Program-made: the position numbers and the translations under genes
The notes under the pieces: model-generated
What the model was told of the DNA's origin: nothing
Databases searched by the model: none
What the model saw: only the letters and a program-made list of their open reading frames with translations
Assembly (NCBI GenBank): GCA_038740615.1
Contig: JAVYLQ010000001.1
Coordinates: 13,865-77,864 of the forward strand
From: Candidatus Anstonellales archaeon
GTDB lineage: Archaea > Micrarchaeota > Micrarchaeia > Anstonellales > J096
DNA length: 64,000 nt
Reading direction: 5' to 3'
In this document: positions 9,030 through 23,299 of the stretch, piece after piece
Layout: every line of letters starts with the position of its first letter
Numbering within the stretch: the first letter of the stretch is position 1

Positions 9030-10853
9030 ATGCGTCTCCTACTACTGCATTCTGAGCATATAGAAGTAATTCCAAAGGAGAAGGCTGTTGAAATTTTTGA
9101 TGAACCAGAGAGAGTAGATTTAGATAATGTTCTAGTTGTTTTTGTATCTGTGGAAAGAGGAGATCTAGAAGAATATTTGGATAGAGCAGTTGATGATATT
9201 CTATCACATCTGAAAGCTATTGATGCTAAAAACATTCTCATATATCCATATGTACATCTGACGAATGATCCAGAGAGTCCAGTCAGAGCTAGAGAACTAA
9301 CAAACAGATTGTATGAGCTATTAAAAGGGTATGTGGAAAATATATATAGAGCCCCATTTGGATGGTATAAAGAATTCAAGATTCATGTTTATGGACACCC
9401 ATTATCTGAACTGAGCAAGACTTATAGGAAAGATACTGAATATATATCAAAATCTCTTAAACAAGAATCAAATATCAAATCTAGATTTGTGATACTCTGG
9501 AGAGATAGAATCTACGAAATATCTGAATTTGATTTCCAAAAATTCCCTAATTTCAAGAAGCTAGTTGATTATGAAACAAAGAAAGTGAGAACCTATGAAT
9601 CTGAACCAGTACACATAGAATTAATGCAAAGACTCAAGTTAGCTAGCCATGAACCAGCAAGTGATGCTGGTAATATGAGATATTATCCTAGAGGAAGATT
9701 GATAAAGAAGATTCTAGAGAGAATGGTTAGTGAATATTGTATAAACGACGGTGCTCATGAGGTTGAAACTCCTATAATGTATGATTACAACCATCCAAGT
9801 CTAGAGAAATATTTGAATAGATTCCCAGCTAGACAGTACACTGTATTATCTGATCAGAAGAGATATTTTCTGAGATTTGCAGCATGCTTTGGGCAGTTTC
9901 TCATAGCCCATGATACTCATATAAGCTACAAACAACTACCTCTGAAGCTATATGAATTAACTAGATACTCATTCAGAAGAGAACAGAGTGGAGAAGTTAC
10001 AGGTCTGAAGAGATTAAGGGCATTCACCATGCCAGATATGCATACTTTAGTGAGTGATATGGATATGGCTAAGAGTGAATTTCTGCACCAGCTAGAATTA
10101 TCCAAAAGATTGATGCAAGAATTGGATTTATATGATCACATAGAAATTGCATTCAGAGCTCAAGAAGAGTTCTTCAACCAGAATAGAGATTTCTATAGAT
10201 CTGTGCAGGAGATTGTTGGAGACCGACCAATATTGCTAGAATTGTTCGATCAGAGATATGCATACTTTATAACAAAATTTGAGTTTAATTTTATTGATAG
10301 TAAGGATAAAGCTGCATCACTATCCACAGTTCAGATCGATATTGAAAATGCAGAGACTTATGATATAAGGTATGTAGATAGTGATGGTAATTATAAAAAA
10401 CCTATTATATTACATGCGAGCCTATCTGGGGCAATAGAGAGAGTGATATTTGCAATACTGGAGAGAGAAGGTATGAAAATTGCTAAGGGCGGAAAAGGCG
10501 AATTTCCCATGTTTCTAGCACCTATTCAAGTTAGGATAATACCTGTTAGTAAGGATTATTTGGATTATGCTATTAAAATACATAATGAGATCTCACATAT
10601 ATTCAGAACTGATGTAGATGATCGGGAGGAGAGTGTAGCTAAGAAAATAAGAGAGGCTCAAATGGAATGGATACCAGTTATAATTGTTGTTGGTAAAGAA
10701 GAGATGGAGAGTGGAATGATAAGCGTTAGTACACGAGATGGGAAGAGATTCCATACAACTGTAAACGAGTTTATAAAAACCTATTCTAAGAATCTGAAAT
10801 ACACAGAGAGTCTAAATATGCCATATCTGATAAGTAAGAGGGGTGATCTATGA
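9030..10853 (+). CDS. thrS: Threonyl-tRNA synthetase (archaeal type with N-terminal editing domain)
   Basis: N-terminus MRLLLLHSEHIEV resembles the archaeal ThrRS editing domain. Class II motif 2 FRREQSGEVTGLKRLRAFTMPDMH, and a C-terminal anticodon-binding domain; 607 aa. Confidence 0.75.
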   Translation: MRLLLLHSEHIEVIPKEKAVEIFDEPERVDLDNVLVVFVSVERGDLEEYLDRAVDDILSHLKAIDAKNILIYPYVHLTNDPESPVRARELTNRLYELLKGYVENIYRAPFGWYKEFKIHVYGHPLSELSKTYRKDTEYISKSLKQESNIKSRFVILWRDRIYEISEFDFQKFPNFKKLVDYETKKVRTYESEPVHIELMQRLKLASHEPASDAGNMRYYPRGRLIKKILERMVSEYCINDGAHEVETPIMYDYNHPSLEKYLNRFPARQYTVLSDQKRYFLRFAACFGQFLIAHDTHISYKQLPLKLYELTRYSFRREQSGEVTGLKRLRAFTMPDMHTLVSDMDMAKSEFLHQLELSKRLMQELDLYDHIEIAFRAQEEFFNQNRDFYRSVQEIVGDRPILLELFDQRYAYFITKFEFNFIDSKDKAASLSTVQIDIENAETYDIRYVDSDGNYKKPIILHASLSGAIERVIFAILEREGMKIAKGGKGEFPMFLAPIQVRIIPVSKDYLDYAIKIHNEISHIFRTDVDDREESVAKKIREAQMEWIPVIIVVGKEEMESGMISVSTRDGKRFHTTVNEFIKTYSKNLKYTESLNMPYLISKRGDL

Positions 10854-11383
10854 AGATAATTTTGATTACTGGAAAGAGAGGAGCTGGTAAAAGCGAATTA
10901 GCTAAATTACTATCATCTAGAATACCTGTATATGAAATGTCCGATTATGTATACAGAGAGATGCGAAAAGCTGGTATAGATAGATTTGATGCAATTACAG
11001 TAGGAGAATTTGCTAAGAGATTGAGAATTGAGAGGGGAAATGATATTGTGGCAAAATTGTTGTGGGAGGATATTAGAGGATTGGATATAGTGGTTATATC
11101 TGGAGCACGTTCACCAGAAGAGGTTGAATTTTTTAGGAAGAATGCCGATGTTCTGGTTATAAAAGTGGATGCTCTTCCAGAAATTAGATATCACAGAATA
11201 TTACAGAGAGCTAGACCTGGTGATGTGAAAAGTTTTGATGATTTTATTAAAAAGGAGAGGTTAGATGAAGAACTTGGAGTGGGAACTATACTAGAGGATA
11301 TCATAATAGATAATAATCACGACCTAGGTGTGTTCAGATTGAAAGTAGAGAATCTGCTAAAATTCATTCTAGATCGTTCCTGA
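10850..11383 (+). CDS. P-loop nucleotide kinase-like protein (dephospho-CoA kinase/adenylate kinase-like, UPF0200-like)
   Basis: Walker A GKRGAGKS near the N-terminus, ~177 aa; ATGA overlap with thrS stop. Confidence 0.45.
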   Translation: MKIILITGKRGAGKSELAKLLSSRIPVYEMSDYVYREMRKAGIDRFDAITVGEFAKRLRIERGNDIVAKLLWEDIRGLDIVVISGARSPEEVEFFRKNADVLVIKVDALPEIRYHRILQRARPGDVKSFDDFIKKERLDEELGVGTILEDIIIDNNHDLGVFRLKVENLLKFILDRS

Positions 11384-12173
11384 AGCATACTTCTACAGAA
11401 GCATTACATCTGAAGGGAGAATTGATAGTTATCTGAAAAGGTAATGATATCTTTCCGATCATATTACGTTGATCCACAGGGATGAGAGTGTGATTAGAGA
11501 TAATATTAATATTCACAATACTGCAATCTCCATCTAATATCTTTATATGAACAGTGGGATCCTGAGGAACAGTATAATTCGTTTTCCCTATATCATATGT
11601 AAATACATACCCTTCAATTAGTTCTGTGTTTATATTTTGGCATGTGGCTGAGACTAACATAGTGACATAAAGCATATTGTCCTTACAGAACACGCCTATA
11701 CCCACATTCTCCATAATATCGTTGAGTATTAATCTCCTGTGTCCTACACTAGTTAGCCAACCCGTAACTACTCTCCTAGAATTCTGCAGATAATCACTAT
11801 TACAATTAATATTCTCCAAATAGATTATATTCTCTCCAGCTGAGAAAAACATATATCTATTATCTAGTAATCTCATAGCTACATCTCTACCTTCCTTATC
11901 AATATGACCAAAAAAGTTTTCATAGTACATCCTCTTAGCATACAATCTGGCGATATATCCTAATCTGTTATCGTATTTATATGGACTTAGATTGGATTCC
12001 AATCTAACTCTATTTATATGTTGAAATATAATATACTCAAATTCAGTAGGAGGTGGGTAATCCAATTTTCTAAAAATACTATCTGATTTCTGATCCTGGA
12101 TTTTACCTATACAACCCGAAAGAAAGAGTAAAAAACTAATCAGTAGAAATCTCAAAAGGTGGGCGAGTCTCAT
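11364..12173 (-). CDS. CAP/SCP (YkwD-like) domain lipoprotein, secreted
   Basis: Signal peptide plus lipobox-like LSGC. CAP motifs SAGENIIY and VGHRRLILNDIMENVGIGV (cf. GHRENILNP..VGVG). Start assigned to the MRLAHLL Met at 12173; the upstream Met at 12203 is rejected. Confidence 0.55.
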   Translation of the reverse strand: MRLAHLLRFLLISFLLFLSGCIGKIQDQKSDSIFRKLDYPPPTEFEYIIFQHINRVRLESNLSPYKYDNRLGYIARLYAKRMYYENFFGHIDKEGRDVAMRLLDNRYMFFSAGENIIYLENINCNSDYLQNSRRVVTGWLTSVGHRRLILNDIMENVGIGVFCKDNMLYVTMLVSATCQNINTELIEGYVFTYDIGKTNYTVPQDPTVHIKILDGDCSIVNINIISNHTLIPVDQRNMIGKISLPFQITINSPFRCNASVEVCFRNDLE

Positions 12174-12284
12174 CTGGCAACTTATACCATATTCGGTATA
12201 CATCGAATTTTAACTGTTCAACATTATCAACATCTTCTATTTTCTTTCTCTCAAGCCTAAAATCCTTAAGAGGAGAGTATTTCA

Positions 12285-12521
12285 TCATCTCTCACCCAAC
12301 ATCTTTAGAACAAATTCTCCTATCTCCGTGTATGGTGTATAAGCACCTCCTGCCATTTTAAATCCACATTTCTTACATTCCCATATACTAAATGAGACCC
12401 TACGTAATGTTTTTGAATGACATTTTGGACATTCATACTTAGCTCTTTGCTTAACTATGATCTCATTATAGAGTGTTCTTATTTTTTTACCATATCTATT
12501 TGTCTTTAACATCTTTCTCAC
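12285..12521 (-). CDS. rpl37ae: Ribosomal protein L37ae (eL43)
   Basis: 78 aa with C4 zinc ribbon CPKC...CKKCG and AGGAYTP motif. Confidence 0.8.
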   Translation of the reverse strand: MRKMLKTNRYGKKIRTLYNEIIVKQRAKYECPKCHSKTLRRVSFSIWECKKCGFKMAGGAYTPYTEIGEFVLKMLGER

Positions 12522-13284
12522 CCAACACTCTATTTAATATCTTAGGTCTATTTTTTAAAGCTATTTCTATCATTTCGTCCAATTCATCTCTATTCAAACT
12601 TCCATTTCCCATTTTCTGGATCCCAACTATATTGTCATCTCTATCTATTGCTATACTCACTAGCACATCTGCCAATTCAGATTCCATATGTGTGGGATCT
12701 AGTAATATAACATCTTCTATTTTTGCAAATGTGCTTGATATAACATGATTCTGAATGAAATTGTCCTGAACAAATTCATCTCTATTCAGCTTATCATTTT
12801 CGATCTTTGGGATTCTTATGTTGCTGAGTGCAGCCATACCAGCCAAATAACTAGCATCAATAGCATTACCATCATAATCTATAACATACATATCTAGAAA
12901 TACAGTATAACCCTTTTTAGCCTCCAGAGCTAATTTACCCAGATTCAACACTTCTGCACTTCTGAAACCTCTATCGACAATTCTAGATAACTCAATACCT
13001 CTCTCATCAGGAGGACCACTAACAAAACTCTCATGGGCTATAGGGGATAAATCTACATTCACTATAAAATTTCCTTTATTATCTTCGAATAGATCGCCGT
13101 ATTCTATTTTTATTCCGGCTACGACCAGAGTATCCCCCAGTCTTGCTATCGCTGATCCTTCTGCAGTTTTTATTACATCATGTTTTATAGCAATCTCTCT
13201 ATACTGATCAGCTTTTCTCCCATCAATCCTCTTTCTATAATTCTTATAGTACTCTAAAAATGTCTCTCTTGAATAATGAATCAT
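12496..13284 (-). CDS. rrp42: Exosome complex subunit Rrp42 (RNase PH-like, inactive)
   Basis: RNase PH fold-like sequence, ~262 aa, position after Rrp41 in the conserved exosome operon order. Confidence 0.75.
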   Translation of the reverse strand: MIHYSRETFLEYYKNYRKRIDGRKADQYREIAIKHDVIKTAEGSAIARLGDTLVVAGIKIEYGDLFEDNKGNFIVNVDLSPIAHESFVSGPPDERGIELSRIVDRGFRSAEVLNLGKLALEAKKGYTVFLDMYVIDYDGNAIDASYLAGMAALSNIRIPKIENDKLNRDEFVQDNFIQNHVISSTFAKIEDVILLDPTHMESELADVLVSIAIDRDDNIVGIQKMGNGSLNRDELDEMIEIALKNRPKILNRVLGEKDVKDK

Positions 13285-13985
13285 ATATATCTCACCAGAT
13301 CATTGCTCAGCTCTTTAGAATATCTTCTTGTAAAAGCATCTCTGATTAGATTTTCGAAAAACTCTCTTTTCGATCGAACCATTTCAATAGCGCTCTTCAA
13401 TTCTTCATAACTTATCTTCCCATCAAGTTGTAGTAATAATATATCGCCTTTCCTAGTAATGCATATAGGTATATCTCCTTGACCTAGATTATCTTCCTCC
13501 TTGGATAGATCCAACACGATCTCATTATTCACCTTACCTGCAGATATTCCATAACCTATATCTCTAAGAGCTATACCCGCATCTATTAATGCTGCAACCG
13601 CAGCTACAAAAGATGCTACTCTTGTACCTCCTTCAGCCTGTAAAACTAGTATCTGTACTTCTATCAGACCACCAGGATATCTATCTACTAGTATCAAATT
13701 AGATAGAGCTTCCCTTAAAACTTTTGAAATCTCCACAGCTCTCCTATTTGGAACGTATTTGCCATGCTCCTCCAGAGAACAGAATGTCGCCATTCTGTAT
13801 TCTACCTTAATAATAGCTCTCTCAAGATTCTCTATAGCCGGAGGTGCCTCCTCAGGGCCATATACACCTACAAGTATCTTATTCATTCCCCATTCGATAT
13901 ATGCAGATCCCTTAGCATTTCTTAAAATCCCAACTTCCAACTTAATATTCCTCAATTCATCTTTCTGTCTACCATCAGATCTCAT
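13281..13985 (-). CDS. rrp41: Exosome complex exonuclease Rrp41 (RNase PH-like)
   Basis: MRSDGRQKDELRNIKLEVGILRNAKGSAYIEWGMNKILVGVYGP: RNase PH N-terminal signature; 234 aa. Confidence 0.8.
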   Translation of the reverse strand: MRSDGRQKDELRNIKLEVGILRNAKGSAYIEWGMNKILVGVYGPEEAPPAIENLERAIIKVEYRMATFCSLEEHGKYVPNRRAVEISKVLREALSNLILVDRYPGGLIEVQILVLQAEGGTRVASFVAAVAALIDAGIALRDIGYGISAGKVNNEIVLDLSKEEDNLGQGDIPICITRKGDILLLQLDGKISYEELKSAIEMVRSKREFFENLIRDAFTRRYSKELSNDLVRYI

Positions 13986-14506
13986 CTACCATCACCAAAA
14001 TTCTTCATGATATAATCTGTAAGCCCTCTTATATGAGCTCTCTTAACAATAGTGTTTATTATATCAATAGCACGACTAAAATCACCTCTTCCTATCCAGA
14101 TGATCCCATTCCTACCTACTTCTAGCTTGCTGTTGGATAATTTTTCTATAAGCTTAAGCATTTCCCCTTTTGATCCTACAATCCTACCAACTTTGGATTC
14201 TGGAACTCTATAGATAACACCATTACGCAATAATCTAACATTCTCTAGAGTCTCTCCAGTTTGGGATACAACTCCTATAACATAATCTCCTATGTTTAAT
14301 CTTATCTCCAAACCTCTGATCATAATACTCATAGCATAGAATGAAGAGATATCTACAATATATGCTACATTCTTCTTCTCAGCAATTATTTTACCTATAA
14401 CCACATCCTTAGGTTTAGGGATATATACAGTTTCTATAGCCGCATCTATGCCCTCTAAGTGTAAGTTATATATATTCTCCATATCTCCTGGTAGAATTAC
14501 TCTCAT
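13982..14506 (-). CDS. rrp4: Exosome RNA-binding cap subunit Rrp4 (S1 + KH), compact
   Basis: S1-like middle region and KH GxxG motif VGRIVGSKGEMLKLIE; no Cys zinc ribbon, so not Csl4. 174 aa is short for Rrp4. Confidence 0.65.
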   Translation of the reverse strand: MRVILPGDMENIYNLHLEGIDAAIETVYIPKPKDVVIGKIIAEKKNVAYIVDISSFYAMSIMIRGLEIRLNIGDYVIGVVSQTGETLENVRLLRNGVIYRVPESKVGRIVGSKGEMLKLIEKLSNSKLEVGRNGIIWIGRGDFSRAIDIINTIVKRAHIRGLTDYIMKNFGDGR

Positions 14507-15214
14507 CTAATCTTTCACCTTTAGCAGTTTGCTCTCCACTTTACCTCCAGATAATTTGTTTAATCTATCGTAAAACTCTCCCTGGAGGCCAGCTAGTAGC
14601 TCTATATGAGCTACAATTGATCCATCGTTTGATTCCTCTAATTTAAGGGGGTTTAGAGATTTGATATAACCGTATACTTTGTAAGCGACATCTGCGGGAA
14701 CTCTAATCTCGATAATTACTGATGCCATTTTGATAGGTAGTATTTTTCTTAATTGCTCTAGAATCTCCTTGGCTTGCTGCTCAACTGGTTTGAACGGATC
14801 TATGTTATATTTTATATTATTCATTGCATTCTCTATTCTAAGAGGTGGTATGGGCAGATTTGTCTGTCCATCAATACAGTTCTTGGCTAGAAAATCTATT
14901 ATTTGCTTCCTTTTCTTCTCAACCATCTTTCTTCTCTGTTCAGTAGTTAACTGTACTTCCCCTTTCTCCAAGATTGTCTTAAGTATTATCTGTATATCAT
15001 CTGTACCAAATGCCTTCTTTATATTACTAGGTGATTGACGCTCACCCTTTTTGAAATTCTTATAAACTTCCTCTACTACCAATATATTATTTAGATCTTT
15101 TTTTGTACCTTCTAGGTAGGCATATGTCTTATCAGGATCTAGCAATACCTCAAAGTGTTCTCCCCCTATTACAATTCTTCCTATAATGGCTTTATTAAGA
15201 TCCATTATCCCCAC
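14507..15214 (-). CDS. sdo1: Ribosome maturation protein SBDS (Sdo1 homolog)
   Basis: ~235 aa, N-terminal FYSH-like region (HFEVLLDPDK..) and conserved synteny immediately upstream of rrp4. Confidence 0.8.
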   Translation of the reverse strand: MGIMDLNKAIIGRIVIGGEHFEVLLDPDKTYAYLEGTKKDLNNILVVEEVYKNFKKGERQSPSNIKKAFGTDDIQIILKTILEKGEVQLTTEQRRKMVEKKRKQIIDFLAKNCIDGQTNLPIPPLRIENAMNNIKYNIDPFKPVEQQAKEILEQLRKILPIKMASVIIEIRVPADVAYKVYGYIKSLNPLKLEESNDGSIVAHIELLAGLQGEFYDRLNKLSGGKVESKLLKVKD

Positions 15215-15629
15215 CCTGCATAGTAATATCCTTTTTTAATACTACATTATCAAGGTTAAATAGCTCTTTGAATATCTTTCTAGCAGCTCTCAATTTGGAA
15301 TTGTTATTACCAAATGCAAACTTTACATCTTTTGGTTCTATAAATAGGATTAACGTTTTCTCCATATTAACATTCATCACATCATATTTATTTATTTTAG
15401 AATTATTGAAGAACAATTTTACGAATTCCTCTAGTTTATCACTATATTTAAGAATAATAATTTTCTTATTGAAAGATTCAGACAATATCTTCAGTCTCTT
15501 CAGGCCCAATTCAGGATTCTTAACTATAAAATATAGATAATTATCATCTTGATAAACTGCCTCTGGAAATTCTCCTATCAATCTATTGTATTCATTAATA
15601 TAATAGATATCTTTATCAGAGATTTCCAT
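15195..15629 (-). CDS. nusA: Archaeal NusA-like protein (two degenerate KH domains), tentative
   Basis: 144 aa, KH-like repeats, conserved position directly downstream of L30e in the RNAP operon. GxxG motifs are degenerate, so the call is mainly positional. Confidence 0.45.
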   Translation of the reverse strand: MEISDKDIYYINEYNRLIGEFPEAVYQDDNYLYFIVKNPELGLKRLKILSESFNKKIIILKYSDKLEEFVKLFFNNSKINKYDVMNVNMEKTLILFIEPKDVKFAFGNNNSKLRAARKIFKELFNLDNVVLKKDITMQGGDNGS

Positions 15630-15631
15630 CT

Positions 15632-15976
15632 TTAGAATTTTGCCTCTCCTTTCTCTAGAACCGCTACTGCTGATACTAAAAATGGCTTTCCTATAGTCTG
15701 TCCAATCTCCAGAGAAGTATTGATGTAGATAGGAATGAGATTCTTCTCTTTACATCTCTCTTCCAAACTTTTTAACACATCATCTCTTGCGTTTTTTGCT
15801 ATGAATACAGCGATTGGTTTAGAGTTCTTTAGAGTATCAATTACCTCTTTATAACCATAAACCACTTTACCTGTTTCAGCAGCCAATCTTAAATTTTCCA
15901 GGTTCGGATCCAGAGAGATTCTTTTAGATCTCTTTCTAACCAATATCTTTTCGCGTTTCTCTTCCATATCAATCAC
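15632..15976 (-). CDS. rpl30e: Ribosomal protein L30e
   Basis: KLAAETGKVVYGYKEVIDTLKNSKPIAVFIAKNA...IGKPFLVSAVAVLE matches L30e; conserved position after rpoA''. Confidence 0.8.
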   Translation of the reverse strand: MIDMEEKREKILVRKRSKRISLDPNLENLRLAAETGKVVYGYKEVIDTLKNSKPIAVFIAKNARDDVLKSLEERCKEKNLIPIYINTSLEIGQTIGKPFLVSAVAVLEKGEAKF

Positions 15977-15978
15977 AT

Positions 15979-19560
<3,582 letters not shown>

Positions 19561-19589
<29 letters not shown>

Positions 19590-22500
19590 CTTTTTTCCTT
19601 ATGAAGAGTTTTGGATAAATATGCATAGATATAATTTCGTTGAGCAGCAATTTGAAGGCATATGGAATTTCTATATGTCCTACGTTATTACTTCCACACA
19701 CAGGACATACGTATTCTTCAGAAGGTTCGTCATAATATGCGAAACTGCCACAGTCTAAACACACATGTTCTACATGTTTATCACTATTCTCTAACAATCT
19801 ATCTATCACTGTAGCTGCTGCTCCATATCCTAGTAGAGTATCTCTTTCCATCTCTCCAAATCTCAACCCTCCCTCTCTACTTCTTCCCTCAGTAGGTTGA
19901 GAGGTTAATAATTGCACTGGTCCTTTGGTTCTACTATGCATTTTATTTGATACTAGATGATGTAATCTCTGATAATATATAACCCCTATAAATATTTTAA
20001 CCTTTATTTTCTCTCCAGTAACACCATCGTACATCTCCTCCTCTCCCCATTCATCAAATCCTAGGGATTTTAACTCTTCGACAAACTTCTCTAGTTTATC
20101 ACCGGAGAAAGGAGTGGCATCTACATATTTACCAGTTATACATGCTGCCTTGCATCCTAACATTTCTAATAGATGACCTGCAGTCATTCTACTAGGTATT
20201 GCATGTGGATTTATTATCAGATCAGGAACGATTCCACTTTTTGTGAATGGTAAATCCTTCTGATCAACTAACATTCCTATTACTCCTTTCTGTCCATGTC
20301 TAGAACTGAATTTATCACCTATTTCTGGAATCTTATTCAATCTGAATCTAACCTTTATCACTACCTCCCCGTCCTGATTCTCTGTTATCATAACTCGATC
20401 AACTCTACCCTCTTCCCCTTCCTTAACCTTTATAGAACTATCTTTGTATTTCTCTTCTGTTGCTCTAGTAAAATCCAAATCCTCTAAGAATCTAGGTGGT
20501 GATAGCTTTCCTATAATAACATCATTTTCCACATATTTTTCCTCCAATCTAGGTAAGCCATCATCATCTAACTTCTCATAAGAAACATTGTGTTTAACAT
20601 TTATAATCATGGAACCTGGCTTTGTGATTTTATCTCTGAATTGGGCATAATACTCAACAATCTCGGTGGAATACGTTTTGAACATTATTGATCTACCAAA
20701 TCCCCTATCTACAGCGGACTTGTTTATAACAATTGCATCAGTCATGTTCCATCCTCTGTAACTCATCACTGCAACCACAAGATTGTACCCAGCTGCTCTC
20801 TTGGCTAATCCTAAGTAATCATATGTTCTAGTGGTTGCTATTGGACGTTCATTATAGTAATTAATATATGCCTTAGTGTCATATCTGAAATTGAATGCAG
20901 AATTATATATCCCTAAACTCTGTTTTAGCATACCGCTAGCCATAGTGAGTCTAGGTGAAGAGTTGTATTCAGGGAATGGTAGAAGAGCTGCGGCTATTCC
21001 AAATAGTGTTGATGGATCAATCTCCATATGAGTATACCTCTCATCTCCAAGATCATTCATAGATTTTGCTATAAATGCATTTTCCTCTTCTTCCGCATCT
21101 AAATACTCTATATATCCCATCTTAACCAATTGTTCCCAAGAATACTTACCTGATTTAACCTCATCCCATATCCTCAAAATCTTCAGCTCACCTCTCTCTA
21201 TAACTAGATAAGGTCTTCTCAATCTACCTGGGGAAGTATTGATATAAAATTCATTAAACTCTTCTCTAAAATAGAAGTTTACAGAAGAGCTAATTTCACC
21301 CGCTCTTCTTGCACTAACAAGAGCAATAAATAGTTCCTTACCATTTTTAACTTCTCCTACGTAATCCCCATCTAGATATACTTGAACATTGTGTTCTGAT
21401 CTTGAATCTGTTAAGTATGGATTTAGAATAGCAAGTATAGGGGTGACATCAACTTTTTCCGTGGTTATTTCTGCCATTATAGCCATATTCTTTAGCAATG
21501 ATGTTGATGCACCTTCTGGGGTCTCAGAAGGACATATCTTTCCATACCAGGTCCCATGCAGATCTCTTGCCTTAAAGTGTGGATGTGATTTGTCCAAAGG
21601 AGAGAGAATTCTTCTTCTGTGACTCAGAGATGATACAAAACTAACCCTATCCATAACCTGTGATACTCCTGTCTGACCAGCTATCCAGTTACCCGTAGCC
21701 ATAGCGTACATTACTTTTGTTGTGAATACATTTGGACGGATTAGAGTACTGAATTTTATAACTCTTCTACCCCTTATTATGCTCTTATTTATCTGGTTTT
21801 TAGTATCAGCAATCAACTGATCAAAAGCATATCCAAATAACTCAGCTATCAAATCTCCAGCTAGCTTAATCCTCTTATTACCATAATGGTCTCTATCATC
21901 TTCCTTTATCTTATTATAAGCTAATAGAGATGCTTTCATACACATTCTAAGCAAGTATTTAGCCTTCTTCTTATTAATCTCTGGATTCACATCAGTTCCC
22001 AAGTGAGGCAATACAAAATTAGACATCAATTTGTTGAAATGATTCAGCTGAACTTCCCATTCATTGTTTGGTTTTAATCTCTTTATCAGATAAACAAGAG
22101 GATCAGCAACAAAATCCTCCTTCTTTTCAATTTCCTGTTTGTTTAGCATATAGTCAAAATATGCTTCTGGATACTGTTTTAGAGCATTCTGTATTTCCTC
22201 ATCACTCATACCAAGAGCTCTTATTACTACAAATACATTCAACTGAGGAACAGAGTGGGGGAAATCTATATAGAACAGACCTTCATCAGTTCTCCTTATT
22301 GTTAATTTAGCTCTGTATATTCCTCTAGTAGAGAACACTTTTGCTATAACATCTTCCTTGTTCTCCTTGACAACCAGAATCTTATTAGGTACTAAATCCT
22401 CTATACCTATAAGAGTTCGTTCAGTGCCGTTTATAATAAAATATCCTCCAGGATCCATTGGATCAGTTCCCTTATAGATTCTTTCCTGATTGCTTCTGAG

Positions 22501-22989
22501 AGCTCTATTAAGATTGCACACTACTGAATTTACCATTACAGGGAGATCTCCTATATGGATGTTCTCTTCTTTTCCATCAAACTCATCAACATAATTCCCA
22601 TTGGCATCATATTTCCTTATGTATCTCTCTACATCGATTAGAACTCTTCCTGAATATGTTAGATCTCTCATCAGAGCCTCTGCTGGGAATAGTATAAAGG
22701 TATTACCAGATTGTTCACTCTTCATAGGAGGTTCTAGCTTGATATTTACTATTTTGTATACTATTTTATTTCGATTATCCTCATTGGCCATGAAATTTCT
22801 ATTACCTAGTTCCACCTCTATCTCATTTTCCCTATTTTTCATCTTGTTTTCTAAATACTCTCTCATTCCTTCCTGAACAAACCTATTATAGGAATCTATC
22901 TGCTGTTTTACTAGATTGTTGTATTCAAAATATTTTTTCAACAAAATTTTAGATATATCATTCATTTGGTAATTCATATTTCTCACCAA
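19561..22989 (-). CDS. rpoB: DNA-directed RNA polymerase subunit B (unsplit Rpo2)
   Basis: 1142 aa single ORF; GDKFSSRHGQKGV and C-terminal Zn ribbon CxxC..CxxC; overlaps rpoA' and rpoH starts/stops. Confidence 0.95.
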
Positions 22990-23239
22990 TTACTATCCTA
23001 TAGTAAGTATATTTTATGCCGTAATCATCTCTCTGAAATTCAAGAACATCATTTTCCTTAGCTCCTAGTGCAATCACAACTGGATCAGATTTCATAATCT
23101 TAGGCAATTTCTCCTGCTCGATCCCATATTTTCTTAGCAGTTCCTCCTTCTCACTATCACTCAATATCCTCACATTACCTATCAAGAAATGTCCTATAGG
23201 GTTCAATTTAATCTTAGAAACTTTGCTCTTGTCCACCAT
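22958..23239 (-). CDS. rpoH: DNA-directed RNA polymerase subunit H (Rpb5 homolog)
   Basis: 93 aa, position immediately upstream of rpoB, Rpb5-like C-terminal domain sequence. Confidence 0.8.
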   Translation of the reverse strand: MVDKSKVSKIKLNPIGHFLIGNVRILSDSEKEELLRKYGIEQEKLPKIMKSDPVVIALGAKENDVLEFQRDDYGIKYTYYRIVIGEKYELPNE

Positions 23240-23299
23240 ATCAGCTCAATATTTATAGACCAAAAGCTTTTTAAAATTTAATGTTTGAATAAAACTAAA

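Noticed and set aside
9023-9379. 118-aa minus-strand ORF
   Set aside because: Antisense to the well-supported thrS N-terminal editing-domain region.
13982-14506. Alternative call of the 174-aa exosome cap protein as Csl4
   Set aside because: No C-terminal Cys4 zinc ribbon is present. A KH-type GxxG motif (IVGSKGEML) is present, which favours Rrp4 despite the short length.
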